In this document: piece after piece, positions 42,411 through 57,469 of the stretch
Position numbering within the stretch: the first letter of the stretch is position 1
Layout: the number at the start of each line of letters is the position of its first letter
Assembly: GCA_000320545.1 (NCBI GenBank)
Contig: ADNK01002524.1
Span: forward strand, 1 to 64,000
Direction: 5' to 3'
Length of the DNA: 64,000 nt
Source of the DNA: Bigelowiella natans CCMP2755
Lineage: Eukaryota > Protista > Cercozoa
Position numbers and translations under genes: made by a program
The notes under the pieces: generated by a model
The model's input: only the letters and a program-made list of their open reading frames with translations
What the model was told of the DNA's origin: nothing
Databases searched by the model: none

Positions 42411-42990
42411 GGTGTCCCCTTGCTCTCTACATGCGAACCATCATCATGGAGGGACGAAGATGGTAAATAGATATGAAAGTCTTTCCCATATTTTATTTGG
42501 TGCGCAAAACAACAACAACAATAATAACAACAATAATACATTCTGGAAAAGAAGGAACGAAGGTTAAACTTCACCTCTCACTACATGTAGATTTAGATTT
42601 ATCTCTTCGGTTTTTTATTCCTCCGTCGGAGTAAATTCGGAGATTTCGGTGGATTTCAATTATTAATACCGGCAGTTCAGAATTTCGCTCAAAATATTAT
42701 CTAATTTGTAGGAAAGACATCTGTTTAGCCCGATAGAAATTCGAAACGACGGTGGGTGCATTGGCGACATTCGGTTTGCTTCTATGCCTAGATTACAGTG
42801 CACAGCAGCAAAATCCGGAAATGGTAGTGTTTGCGCCCGTTATTAGCTCCATCATAGTGGGTAAGTATCGATCGATGGACAATATAGGAAAAACGCATGG
42901 GGTTTATTAGCAACGACAATTGCTACTAGTACCCTATCTTTACTAATATCCCTGCATTAGAGGTTGAGAATATTATAGCCCAATTGTGTT

Positions 42991-44178
42991 ATGGATCCTC
43001 ACCTCTCCAAGGCCAAACACAATTCTCCAATCAACCATTCATATAGCACCTTCACGAAGCCTTTACCAATCGACTGCTTACCCAAAACAATTACTACCTT
43101 GACCCGTTGGACCGCCTATAACTGGCTTGTAGCCGCTGTTGGTGTTTTATCATTTACCATCGTCTTTACCGCATTATTGGTGTCTTCTCAAACAACATTC
43201 GAAGCAGCTTCTTCGAACCCAATGTCCCAACCTGTTCTTAAAGGGATCTTTAGAAGACTCAACAAAATTTTGCCTTCATCTTCGTCTCTAGGAAAGGTTC
43301 TGATATCATCAAACTCCTTAACACAGCTCATTAACTAATCTTCGCTTCTTTTTAGGTCTTTCCAAGACGAAGTTCGAGCATGCTTCAACCAAATGTGATC
43401 ATGGACAAGAAAAATAATGGTATACAATAAACAACCACAGCACTTTATAAAATTTACGATCTCGCACAAACGACAAATACATATTTGTGGCAGCTAGCCC
43501 CATTATTCATCCGTTCTTTGCATTGTATTATTTTCATTGGCATTAGCAGCGTCCTAAAACTTTGATATTATTTAGTCCAACAAGATCGTATGGTCATGGA
43601 ATATCCTCGATTTCGCTCTCTCATTGGTGGTACCCCTCTTGTTGATGTCACCAATCTCGCCAATCCAAAGGTAAAAAGGCAGGAAAAAGGATGGTTATTG
43701 GTCGACGACTTTGCAGCTGCAATGGGAGGAGGGGAGTGAATAGGAGATGGGGTAGCATATTGCTGATATGATTATTATGGTGTATGTCTGTCTCTCCCTC
43801 TCTCCTCTATGTGTTTATTTTTTAGGTGGAGGGTACACGGATTTTGGCTAAGTGTGAATTTATGAATCCTGGATATTCGATAAAGGTGGTTTGGCGACGA
43901 TAGTAAAATATTGTATTAGTAGAAGTTGCTACTGGTGGTGGTGGTGGCGGAGGAGGAGGAGAAAAAATAAGCAAGCAAGAGAGGGAAAATAGAAGGATTT
44001 CAACGAGGAGGAGGGAAAATAAAATATGATCTACTACAGGATGAATCCAAGCTGCTGTTGGGAATATTGATAGCACGCCCAAGCTCATATTTATATTATT
44101 ATGTGTTCTAATGAATCATAGGACCGCATTGTATGCCATATTTTGGAGCAAGCAGAGAAAAAGGGCTTGCTAACTCCA

Positions 44179-44216
<38 letters not shown>

Positions 44217-44428
44217 AAGGATTGGGTGATGAGCAGTGAGGAGGAAGTAGTGGTAGTCAGTCAAACAGTCACGATGTTATTGGGTATTAATAATAACAAA
44301 TGATAATAATGAAGTCATGATGCATGCATGCTACTCATTATGTGTTTAAGGAAGGAGAACTTACATTAAATTTGCAGCAATGATGATGATGTGTTGGAGG
44401 GAACAGGAACTTTCATTTAAATTAAGCA

Positions 44429-44460
<32 letters not shown>

Positions 44461-44707
44461 ATGTCCCATAATCAAGCGATGTAATTATCATCATGTGGTA
44501 CTACTACTACTATATCGTTGTTGTTCGTTCAGGTATGACAATTGTTGCGGCATCATCTGGGAACACAGGAGCATCAACAGCCATGATTGCTTCTATGAAA
44601 GGATACAAGGTGATGTGACGAGGAGGAGGAGGAGGAGGAGGACTAAGCAGATAGATAGATAGATAGATAGATAGTAGTAGTTTAGACGAGGAGGAGGAGT
44701 GCTATAG

Positions 44708-44750
<43 letters not shown>

Positions 44751-46395
44751 CAGTCGCAGCAGTAACTGTGGTAATAATGTGGTACCCGAAAATGAAAGTT
44801 CATTCTTGCCAATAATACCATTTTTCACTACTGAATAATGCAAAACACTTATTTGATTGTTTCTGCAACTATACACACTATATACTACAACATATTCGAG
44901 AGTAACAGATAACTGACGACTTAGTATCATCATTATTTTGGTTCAATGTCGTTGTTTTTTATTATGATTAATTGTGACAACCACCCTTTTTAATCTCATC
45001 ATTATAATCATTATTCTGTACTTTGTACTACTACTACTACTCCAACACTTTGTACTCAGTCTATCATCATTACCTCTCCCAAGTGTTCAATTGAAAAACA
45101 AGATGCTATTCGTGCTTACGGGGCAGAACTTATTGTAACTGCATCTGGTTTAAAGCCTGATGATCCAGAGCATTATATGAATATGGAACATACATTATGC
45201 GAAAGAAACCCAGACACATACTTCGGTATTATAAATATAAATTGAAAATGTGCATATATGCATATATGCATTTTTTTTTTTCGGGGGGGGGGGGGGTTCT
45301 GTTTTTGGGTTGAAAAAGTGGACATTATAAAATGATTAGGATAACTAAGCACTATGTTATGTGTTGTTTGGTGATTGATGTGTTGCAGCAGCACCCATCA
45401 TCGCTGCTTCCTTGCAAGTACCTATCATCTCATTGTGTTGTTGTTGTTCTTTTATTGTATACGTATAATCACTACTACTACTACTACAATAGGGATCAAC
45501 CAGTACGATAATCAGCTTAATCCCCTCGCACATTACCAGACACTAGGGCCTGAGATTTGGGTACTAATAATACTACTACTATTACTACTAAGGAGTATTA
45601 TCAAAACCTAGAAGAAGAAAATGGAAGAATAGTAGCTAATAATCATGAGATACGATGAAGAAGCAGCAGATTGTAAAGAACATTTCTATTTGTTACTGCT
45701 GATATTTTGAATGAATCACTCTCTTCTCGTAATTGTTGTGATGCATGCATGACGATAACATGATGATTAAGTACAATTCAAAATACTACTACTTTACTAC
45801 TCATGAACACAAGACTCAAACCGATGGAACTATCACTCACTTTGTTGCTGCTGGGTCTACTGGAGGTAGTATGTATGCATACATGTCAGTAACAAAGAAG
45901 AAGGACGACAGACAACAACAAAAAGGATGATTATCATACCAAAACATAAAATCAAAAGGACGACAGACAACAACAAAAAGGATGATTATCATACCAAAAC
46001 ATAAAATCAATTAGAATATAAAATAGGACAATCCACATAACAACAGGAGAAAACATTGTTGTTGAAAACATATCAATGGTTTGCTGTTGGCGTGGTGCGT
46101 GTGGTCTCACTTTCCACCACTTCTCCATCACACCACGTAGTATACGATGATAATGATGATGGTGATAACTTTTTCCACATTGCTGGACAATAATAGTAAG
46201 AGAGAAAACATAAACATATTAGGATCTTCCAATATAAAATACAAATTTGTATAATTATGAAATATTTTCTTGCTGTTCTCTACTAGGTACTCTCAGTGGA
46301 ACAGCTCGTTATTTAAAGGAGAGAAGTGGGGGAGACGTTAAGGTACGACGTACTGCTGTGATGATATTTTGATATCAATATAAATATACATATGT

Positions 46396-46442
<47 letters not shown>

Positions 46443-46449
46443 TATATAA

Positions 46450-46480
<31 letters not shown>

Positions 46481-46858
46481 CATCGTAATAAATACAATAC
46501 AGCAGAGAATAAATAGGAGAGGGGGTGAGGGGGAGGGAGGGACGAAGGAAGATCTATTATTAGGTGATAGTTGTTGTATTCTCGATTTAATAAATGAAGA
46601 AATCCATCGAAGCCTCTTTATGCTACTATTGCTACCCCTTTCTGCTGCTGGTGCTGTCTTTACGTACGTTGGTTACATCGTTTAGGTGATTATGGCGGAC
46701 CCCATTGGAAGTGTATTCTATGATTACTTTAAAACAGGTACTGTAGTACCACTACTACTATTAATAATGATAATATGTTATTGTCGTGTAACTTAATTAT
46801 TATTGCGACACAGATAACATCTGAGAGTGCTTCTTTTTGTTGTTGTGTGTTTATATTC

Positions 46859-46947
<89 letters not shown>

Positions 46948-47283
46948 ACAGGAGTGCTAAAAAAACCTGGATCTTTTGAGGTAGAAGGTGTTGGAAAGGA
47001 AAATATACCAGGTGCCATGGATTTTGGTATGATAGACGACGCAATTCGTGTATCAGATTGTGAAGCATTCAAGATGTGTCATGCAATGGCGAAAGAGGAA
47101 GGTATCCTGGCAGGAGGTAGTGGTGGGTTGAACGTGTTTGCTGCTTCCAAACTAGCGGAGGAACTTGATGAACCAGCGACAATCGTTACAGTACTACCTG
47201 ATAGCGGGATCAAATATCTTTCCAAAATATACAACGAAGAGTGGCTCAAGGGAATTGATATTGACCTTCAAGAAGAACAATGA
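42991..47283 (+). CDS. Cystathionine beta-synthase/cysteine synthase family PLP enzyme with N-terminal bipartite-like leader
   Basis: IGGTPLV, AKCEFMNPGYSIKDR (PLP lysine), ASSGNTG, NQYDN..NPLAHYQTLGPEIW, GSTGGTLSG, VEGVG, EEGILAGGSGG and LPDSGIKYLSKIYNEEWL. Confidence 0.9.
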
Positions 47284-47423
47284 TCGATTCACGGACAACA
47301 CTTGATGATGATATATATGATATTTTCATCTATAGTCATGGTGACGATGACAAACAAAGGTCCGTCATTTGATTATTATTATTTTCTATCATGCAAACCA
47401 AGGATGATAAACAGATTGACGGT

Positions 47424-47465
<42 letters not shown>

Positions 47466-49036
47466 TATCTTTTTAGAAGATGACTATGACGATGATGACG
47501 GATTCCTCATCTCCCTGATGCAATAAATAAATTCTGCAACAACAAAAAGCACTAAATGAAAATCCCTTACAGTCTTTAGTATAAACGTAGAGGGATTTCA
47601 CACTGCTGTTTCTGCTGCTGAACACATATCTACCTTTGCATTATGCTATATTCTGCTTTAAAAGAGTGATGATGGTTTTCTGTATAAATCTTTGGATTAA
47701 ACATATGTCGTCCTCTAAATCTCACTTCTTATTTTGTAACGACATGAATACATACACATAAGTATGATTTCAATTTTTGTTATTTCAGTAGTAGATAAAT
47801 GCACTCCTTTCCAATGAGAGTAATAACATGTTGAGCAGCCAATGCTTCAGCAAGAGAGTAGGGGATTGACGCAAAATAATACGTGTTTTCATCCCTCTTT
47901 TAGAGCAGATGCTCTTCTGTCTACGGCATCATGTTTCCGGGCAGTCATCATATCTAATAATGTTTCACGAGCAGTAATTGCATCACAACTGTCACATTTG
48001 AATTTTTTCAGTATTGTTATTTCATACAACTACACACATGGTGATGGTGGTCGTCGGTACATGACGATTCATTTAATCATGACCATAGCTTGATGCACAA
48101 GTGTGCACTGCAATGCATGCATGTGCGTTGGGCAACATGATTGTGCCAATGATCTAGCAATGATTGCGGTGCTACGATGACAAGCTAGCAAGGCGCTTGC
48201 ATTCAGGTCAAAAGCTGCGCGAAACTAGGGCTCTGAAAATTATCTGCTTGCTTGCCAGTTGTGTTGATCGCGCGATCGCCAAATCACTCGATCATCGTGA
48301 TGCGAACGTGCAACGCAAGCTAGCAATGATGTGCTAGCATGACTGCATCAAATGTGCAACGAATGGCATGAGCTTTTGATCAAGAGTCATTGAGTACATG
48401 TTTGCGCGTTCGATTCATGTGCGCCCAGCTAGCCAGGTGCATGCTTTTTGCGTGCGTGTGCTGAAACTTCGCATGTCCACAAAGCTAGTACGTGTGCACA
48501 CACCCTCATGAGCTTGCAAAACTTGTGGCACGCAAATGCAAATGCGCTAGCGTGTTCAAAAGTGGCAAGAATTTTTCAATTTTCGCCCGCTGGCAGGCGT
48601 TGAAAAATGAGGTTTTCAAGCTGAAATTCGAAAAAGAAATCAAATTTGAACCTCAAACAGGCTCCAGTGTGCTTCCAATGTCCAATTCCAGAATTGCAAC
48701 GATTGAGCGCGCTAGGCCGCACGCGCAAAGCACAGTTTGTTCAAAACCCACTCGTCACCGGGATTGACACAGTTGTGAGCTGGTCAGCATGTCCAGATCT
48801 GTGACTGGCGGGAGATGGCTTGTCAGGCTGGCATGGACAGCATCACCTGTCTAGCTGTCTGGCTGTGTGTCGTGGACAAACGTGATGCAATCTGGCACGT
48901 CAGCGAACCTGCTGCGCAGTGACAATGCCGCCATGCACACGATGTCATGACTCCACCTGCACGTCTGTCGATGTCGATCGTGTCGTGTGTGTGATGATGT
49001 GCAAGTGACGATGATGGAATCATTGTGCTTGTGACA

Positions 49037-49448
49037 CAGCTCCGTCAAACCCGGTGACGACGAGGTTGTGAACAGTGCAGCGCTTTGCGACGCGCTTTGA
49101 ATCAGCAGGCAGTTGCAGTTGGTCAAAGAAAAGTCATCAGAACTTGTCCGATGGCCAAACCTCAAAAAATGACCGAAGTGTTGACCCAAGTGTCCATTTT
49201 CAAGGCCTCAGTGAGCGCGCAAAGTGTGAAAATTCACACCCGTTGTGCAGAGGATGCACGCTGCGCGTTTGTTCTCTGCCACGTTTTGAATGCTTTTGCG
49301 CGTGTGTTTGACCAAGTGTGACATGCACGAAAAAATTCAAAGAAATGCGAGCAAGTCCAATGTCCATTGCATCACACAACGCGCTTGGTCGCGCGCAAAA
49401 GCTTCCAAGTGCACGTTCTGGCGATTCGTTGCAGGTTTGACGGAGCTG
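49037..49448. mobile_element. MITE copy B (Tc1/mariner-type)
   Basis: TIRs CAGCTCCGTCAAACC...GGTTTGACGGAGCTG, flanked by CA and TG. Homologous to 14627-15037. Confidence 0.85.
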
Positions 49449-49449
49449 T

Positions 49450-52200
49450 GGACGATTGCCTGCGCCAGTGCGATGCACGTGCCGGTTGTTGGCGTGCAAA
49501 CGTGCCGCGCCTTCGGTTTGCACATTCATCGCTTGCGTGGGAGTTGGCGTGCTGTCATTGTCGTTGTGGATTGTCTGAACTTGCTCAGCCTGCACTGGTG
49601 CATGGCAGCAGGCGCTGTGCGATGATGCGACGCGGCGTTGAAACCACTTGTGTGCAGGACGGCCGCAGCCAGGCTGTTTGCAATTGTCCCTCTGCGCCGC
49701 GCTTGCGCCCGCAACACGTCGCGCAACATCGGACAATTGACGGAAAACATCAACCTTTGATGAACACCATTGAACATCAAACAATCAGCATCAGTGTCAA
49801 TCCCCATTGACACTGAGGATGCAGGATCATCCACAAAATCACCAGCGCCGTCGCCGGTGTGATTCCTGCCCAGTCTCAAGAATTGCGAATGCCAGAACTC
49901 CGTCTGAAACATCACCCGATTGGGCAACACCCCTCTCGACGCTGTCTTGCCTCTCCCCACCTCGCACCGACACCTCCCCAGGGTCGTTGCTTGCTCTTCG
50001 TCCTCTTCGCATCTCTCCCTCCACTTCCTTTCGGCCTGCCGCCGTTTGGTTCAATCACGGAGGAGTGATTGCCGTTTGCCAACTGCAATCCCCTCCGTTC
50101 ACTTCCCTCTCTGTCGGTCTCCTAGACTCAATTCGATGCGGAGGCAATCCCCTCCGCTCGCTTCCCTCTGTGTCGATCAAACGGAGGCAATCCCCTCCGT
50201 TCAATCCCCTCTCTGTTGACCACTTGTTGATGACAATGATGCACTTGCTGCTCCTGTCGCAGCCCCCTTTGGCAACCAACTTGTTGCCCCCGTGCCATCA
50301 CGACAACCCCTTGTCGTGATGACGACCATTGCGACAACCGCTTGTCGCAATGTGATGACAACAATGATGATGACTGCACAATGATGATGATGACCGCAAC
50401 GACAACCGCTCGTCGCAAGCCGGTTGCGTCCCAAGCGCCCCCTGCCAACGGGCCGCTGAACAGGCGCCAATGTGGGCGCCAACGTGACGACAATGGCGAC
50501 AACAGGCGCCCATGAGCGCCACGCCATGTCCGCATGTCCGCCGTGACCAGGCGCGACATGCATGCATGCATGCATCAGGATGATGTGCAACTGCACTGTT
50601 GTCCTTGAACTCGTCGTCAAGGCAAGCTGCGTGCTTCGGAGTGCTGGAGTGGCTAGGTGGGTGACGCTGATCGGTCAGCACGCCGCGATCGTGGATTTTG
50701 GGTGCTGCGCAGGTGCACAGGGGCACACGGCAGTCGCAGGGTTGAAGTTGAGACGCACACGCACTGTTGCACGCAACCGATTCGTTCTGCATCCCGTGCA
50801 GCTGTCAATTGTTGCAGCAATGTGCGCCTTCGCATGCAAACGATTCGTTCTGCATCGAGTGCAGCTGTTGGTTGTGCCGCAGCATTGGGCGTGGTGCAAC
50901 ATGGTCTCGTGTTGAGAACTGAAGTCGCACGAGTCGTTGAGTTGCATTGTTGCTTGGTTCTTGAGTTGCGCTTGCTAGCTTGTCACTTGAACGTTTGAGT
51001 TCTGATGTCACTTGGTCGTTTGCGTTCTGGGAGTGTTTGGTCACTTGTGCGGTTGAGTTCTGATCTCCAGATCTCAGTGCATCACTTGGACTTTTGAGTT
51101 CTGATGTCACTCGGACTTTTGAGTTCTGCTGAGGTGTGTCTGAGTTGCTGCAATTGCGACTTGAGTGAAAAGCTGTCAGGTTTTCACTTTTGTCGTGTCG
51201 CAATGTCAGCTTTTCACCTTTGTCGTGTCGTCACGTGCGAAGCTTTCTGAGAAATTTCTGCACGGCAAGCTTTTCACTGCTGCCACATCGTCCCACGTGG
51301 AGCGTCGTGCTCGCACGTCCGACACGCGCGCTCGCACGTGCAGCTTCACTGGCACGCCCTGTGTGTCTTGTCGCACTTGAGCAGAAAGCTGCATCGTGGC
51401 GCCATGCATCGCAGCGCCACACAAGCACTCCGATCCAGTGCCAGCCGTCCCACAGCGTCGCGGATTGGAAGCAAGGAAGTGAAACTGGAAAGGCTTGGTT
51501 GTGTTTGGGATCGAATTGCTGTGCAAGCTAGCTAGCTAGAGATCCGTCAGTTGACCGTTGCACTTGTTTTCCATGCTCATGCGCTGATGGACACAGGACA
51601 TGCTCTCACGCGTCACTTGCATGTGAACTTCTGCATGATGATCGATTTCACTCAGCAGCATGCAGGGCATGCGCACATTGCAGCACGCGCGCATGCAAGC
51701 GCCCACGCACTCTGCAGACTGACCGAACGTGGGGGTGCATGCGCACAGCACGCACGCACGGCAAACGAGCATGTGCATGCATTTTGTTGTTTGTCGAAAA
51801 ATGATGCGACCCCAATGACGAAATTGGACCTAGCTAGCTAGCTAGCTAGCAGCTAGCTAGAGGTGGAAAAAAATGTGATTGGTTCATTTGTGAAAGAGCG
51901 CAACCAGCCCTTTCGATTGCGCCCAACCTCAGCTCCTCCCAACGTCCGGTTGCCGAGAAAACTCATTTTTTGTGAAAATACGCGCGTTTGCCCCAGTTGT
52001 GACGGTCAGTGCTGCGCGTGCATGAAATCAAAACCTGTTCTGGCATTGCAAGGCAGCGGCGCTGTGAGTCCGCACAACGTGTTGTGTGTGTGTGTGTGTG
52101 TGTGTGTGTCATCTGATGAATCTGTGGTAGAAGTAAATCTTGTTAAAATGCAAATGAAATGCAAACAATGACGGTTCCGGCTGAATCGTTCATCACACTG
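49450..52200. other. Unclassified TpA-depleted, repeat-like sequence
   Basis: GC-shifted and nearly TpA-free, with internal short direct repeats (e.g. TTTTCAC(T/C)TTTGTCGTGTCG x2, GAGTTCTGATGTCACT) and (CTAG)n runs. No recognisable protein. Confidence 0.45.
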
Positions 52201-52584
52201 CTCTGCTACGCCACACTACCAGCACCAATTTTCACCACAATTGCCTGCATCATTCTTGGGATCAAGTAGAAAACACCGTCACATGTGCCTGCACCATTCT
52301 TGGGATCAAGTAGAAAATATCGTCACATGTTCTACTACACCCACACTCTACTACCACCGACTATGCCATCGCTGCCGCCTTAAATGCTAAGTCGGTTGCT
52401 CCTTCCAGCGTTAGAATTGCCCCTGTTGTCTCGCACTGCTGCATAGCCTGCTCCAGAGAATTTTCTTGACACCGAAAACTTGCGAGCCCAGTCGCCAGAA
52501 GGTGCCCCACCAATACCTGTTCCCAAAACGAATCATAATAATTAGCATCTTTATCGTCTTGAACAATTACAAATTCCGCATGTT

Positions 52585-53072
52585 TCATCGAAGGATATTA
52601 CTCTTCTTGAGGGTTTGAGAGAATTTTCTCGATTGTTGGGCATCCATGCGCACTTTTGGCTTTCTTTTGACCAAATTTAGGTAAGCTTCTCGATCTACAA
52701 TCTGATTATTTTGTTTGTAGTAGATAGATGGCCATCGCCAAATCAACGATTATTCACAATATAATACAATGTTGCACATTTTGCACCGCCACATTAAAAC
52801 ATTAACACCACCTTGTACTTATCCAATGCCCAGTATGTAAGCATTTTGAGGCAATCTTGGACGCAGAACCAAATGAGTACATATATCCACACCATTACTG
52901 CGGTGTATGCAGTAATCTTTTCCATACCTGCAACGATGATAAAGATGATGATAATTATGAATGATAGTGATAGTGATGCAGTGGGTGTGATGTTAGCATG
53001 TAAGGTTTCCTTGATAAATAATAATTTTGATGTGCTAACATCATCAAGAGATGATGCAAAAATAAATCTACG

Positions 53073-53109
<37 letters not shown>

Positions 53110-55916
53110 CCAGCACACGATCATTCACATTCATTCACGCGCATGCATGTATACTGGGTGACCTCCAAAGGAAGCAGTTGTGGAGAGGAATGTCATTGCC
53201 AATGTAGCTAGGGCACCAGCACATAACAACGCAGTAGCAGGACGGCGAGTGAAAAACCTGAGGTGGGTGAGGTGTATGAGGTGTATGAAATGAAATGAGA
53301 CAAAGGATGATGATGCATGGGTTGGTGGTGTACGGGATATTCGTTCAATCCATTATTGTTCCCATTTTTGAATTGCACCAGGTTTCTCATACAAACGTCA
53401 TGTGCCCGCTATCATCATCATCCTCATCACGCTCTTGACAGATTTTTGCATGAAATATGATCGATGATAGTATTGTATGAAGTAGTACCAGTCTCTTGTA
53501 CGAGCTGCAAAAACAGTGATGAAATCCGAGAGGCAGAGGTTGAGGAAGAGTAAGGATTGAACGTTGCCATACGATGCGTGACATCCTTCAAAGAATACAC
53601 ATTGCATTCCATCTCCCCCATGACCAGCAGCGAAGCCAATGAGAAGAAGCAGCACTGACTCAAGCATAGCAGTGAATCCTAACACTGAGCTAATGATGAA
53701 CACTTCCTTAAGTTGCCAATCTTGTGGCGTATGTGCTGCTGTCACATTGTCTCTCGAGATGGTCAGCACGCATGCATCGTTGACGAGGGTAATCAATACA
53801 ACAGCCAACACTGGTAAACGGAAGTTCTTTTCCGACGTGTTTTCGAAATGATTTGCGGGACGGAAGAAGATAGCAACAAAGAAGAAAAAAATCAACTGAA
53901 TTGTGCCTGCAATACGGTAGATACAGTAGTTTCTCACTCGCTGGAAGATTTTCCTACTCATAATCATAGCTGTGATAATGACAGAAAGACCAGGTTCAGT
54001 AAGGACGATATCAGCTGCATTGCGTGCCGCATCGGTAGATCCCTCCACAGCAATTCCAATTTCAGCTTTCTTCAATGCAGGGGCGTCGTTGACACCATCA
54101 CCAGTCATACCTACAATCTGCCCACATTCTTGCAAAATTTCAACAATTTTATACTTGTCCTCAGGAAGAACCTCCGCGAAGCCATCCGCTGCAAGAATCA
54201 TATCCTCTCTGTTATTTTGGCCTTCAGTTGGATATGCTTCCTCCGTTTCAGGCGCATCTCTCATAGCATTAACACTATGAATCGTCGTTCCCATACCAAG
54301 TCGTCTTGCAGTCTCAATAGCAATAGCCGTATGATCTCCAGTAATCATCTTTACTTGCACCCCCATGTTCTGCGCTTTAACAATGGTAGCTTTAGTGTCG
54401 GTTCTTGGAGGGTCAAAGAGGGAAAGAACTCCTGCAAACTCGAAAGCTCCTTTATCGTTATTAATTGTTGTTGCAACACCCAATGCACGGTAGCCTCTAT
54501 CAGCAAGGTTATTAACGGTATTAAGTGCTTTTTGCTCAACACGGTGCCTATCATCGCACAACTCCAGAATCTGAGGCGTAGCACCCTTTGTCACCTTGAA
54601 TTTGCCTAATAATTTGTGAGGATAATGCTGACGATTAGATGATAATCATCTTTGCATCGACGAAGGAAGAAAGAGAAATGGAAACTATAGTTACGCAAAA
54701 ACATGGATAGAATAATTGAACAGTGCATAATGCAATATGTTTTGCTGTGCTGATATTCATTACCAACTCTAACAGTTGTATTGCTAATTGATTCATAGTC
54801 GTATTACTGGTGTGGCCCCTATCTCCTCCTCCTCCTCCTCATTATTATTATTACCTTCTTTATGGTGAGCGATGGACGCTTCAGTACGCTTGATTGAAGG
54901 ATCGAAGGGAAGGAAATCAACTTGTTTGTATTCCAACATCTGTGCCTTTGATACGTGTTCCAATGCCTTGTTCATGATGCACGTATCAATTGCATCCTGG
55001 TAAACAAATTGAAATAATTGAATAAATAAATTACTTCTTCCATGTAGATCATTGCTATTTCTCTTGAATGACTAGCTATAAATATGGATAATGGGACAAG
55101 ATGATGATATGATGACGGACATCAGAAGGCAAACAAACATTCACAACGCACTCACACGACGCGTGGTATTTTAGCGTAGTTGCGGTATGTTAAGTTGACA
55201 CACACAAATATCACACACTTGTTTACCTGTCCTTCATCAAGGCGCTTGGCAGCTAAAGACGACAAAAAAACCTAAACGGATATGATATTAGTGGATATAA
55301 AGACGACAAAAAAACCTAAACAGATATGATATTAGTGGAGGATAAGGAAGGATATTTTGTACAATACAATATGATTGACTGTATTACCATCCGCTTAGCA
55401 TCCATTTTTTTATCAAAGATGATAGGATCATCAAGCTGCAACTGGTTCAGAGTCAATGTTCCTGTATTATTATTTCTTTTTTATTATTTTCTATATGAAA
55501 CACCCACCACATTATTATTGACCAATTGATTATTGGAACAAGTGAGGAAGACAAGTTTAACAATAAAAGGAGGCATAATTTCCTTCTGAAGTATCATGAT
55601 CATGAGTGCTTCATTACCTGTCTTATCTGAGCAGAGGGTGTGCATTCCAGCAAGTTCCTCGATAGCAGAAAGACGACGTACAATGGCTTTCTCTTTTGCT
55701 AGTAAGTTGGCACCAACAGCCATAGTAACTGTTGCGACAACCTAAAAGATTAACAAATTAATATTTGAGCGATAAAGTAGATAATCACGCACCATTTGAA
55801 CTCAACACGAAACCGTCCGTATTTTCGCTTAAAATATAATAACCACTGCAATAACTACAACACACCAGAATCATACTGTTTCCTTACTGTTTGGGTATCA
55901 CCACCACCACCACCAT

Positions 55917-55953
<37 letters not shown>

Positions 55954-56373
55954 GGATATTATATCTGAAAAATAGCACCTGCATAGCGATAGGAATAGAT
56001 GCGATTAGCAATACCACAGCCGTTCCTATTCGATCAGTAGTTAGTTATCTATCGATGGATCAACATGCTCACGAAGAAATTGCAATTTTGAATATTCTTT
56101 TTCTTTTGTTGTTGTAAATGTTGTGTTATTGCTCTGCTACTACTACTACTACTACTACTATTATTACTACTACTACTACTCACTCACCAACAGAGGTAAG
56201 AACTTCCCCGGAAGATGTTCCATTATCAGCGAGCAACACGCCAAGAATGACGAAGACAAGAACGATGGCAAGACCCATCAAAAACATCATCACCTGGATT
56301 CAGAATAAACAACATCACCAGAGAAAACAATTGAATCAGGAAAAAATTAAATAGCTACGACTGCCAAATGACG

Positions 56374-56408
<35 letters not shown>

Positions 56409-56606
56409 AGCATATTGAAATATTGAAAAATCTTCCGTATTCCCATGATATTATCAAGAAATAAACGCATTTCCGTATTATATATAAATGAACATATTGT
56501 GAATGTGATAGTTAGTTGTTGTTTATTATTATTATTATTATTACGCTAAAGAGGACGCGTTGAAAACGACCAACTTGCTCCACTTCCGCGATCTAAGAGG
56601 GTTTAA

Positions 56607-56642
<36 letters not shown>

Positions 56643-57431
56643 CATTATTCCAACAGTGCTCATGATACTACCATGCCAGCAGCTCTCCCAAAGAACGTAT
56701 TTGAACCTGTTTTTGATACGATTGCCTCCATTTCACCTAGGAGCAGAACCCATATTATAACAATATCAGAGTGCTGCAAAGTACATAAATAGTATATGCT
56801 TGTTGTTCTCTTCATCCTCCTTTACGATATCAATGTTACTACCTCTCTTGACTGTTGCGCCCATCTTAGCGATGTCTCCCTTCCGAAGAGTTACAGGCAA
56901 AGATTCACCTTAACAATAATAACAACAATATTAATAATAATAATAAGATGACCAAAATACAATAAAGCAATGGGAGGGAAAAGGGTAAATTATTACTACT
57001 ACTACTTATACTTCCTCGATAAATTGTAGTAAGGCATGAATGTGCGGATAAAGCTACTACTACCTGTAAGAGCAGCTTGATCAACCTGCAAAGTTTTGTC
57101 CCCTATACACACATACATAGAAATATCACCACTATGTTCAATCACATCAACATCGTTAGTAGTTATGGCTGGTGAGAATATTAGCGACGATTCAATTTTT
57201 CAAAGTAAATCTTTTATGTTAGTTATCATACGACGGTCACTGGCAATACTAAAACTAGCATTACCACAATAATAATCATAATAACAATGATACTACTAAT
57301 TATGTTGACCACGGAGACTGCAGTCTGCAGGAATTGTCCCTCCAATTTGAAGCACTACAAGATCTCCAGGCACCAACTCACGAGCATTCACAATTCTTTC
57401 GATGAGACCATCACAACATAGCACCGAACAG

Positions 57432-57469
<38 letters not shown>

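Noticed and set aside
48490-52170. Dozens of overlapping Cys/His-rich ORFs as a novel gene cluster
   Set aside because: They are a by-product of TAA/TAG loss and have no recognisable motifs or consistent frame.
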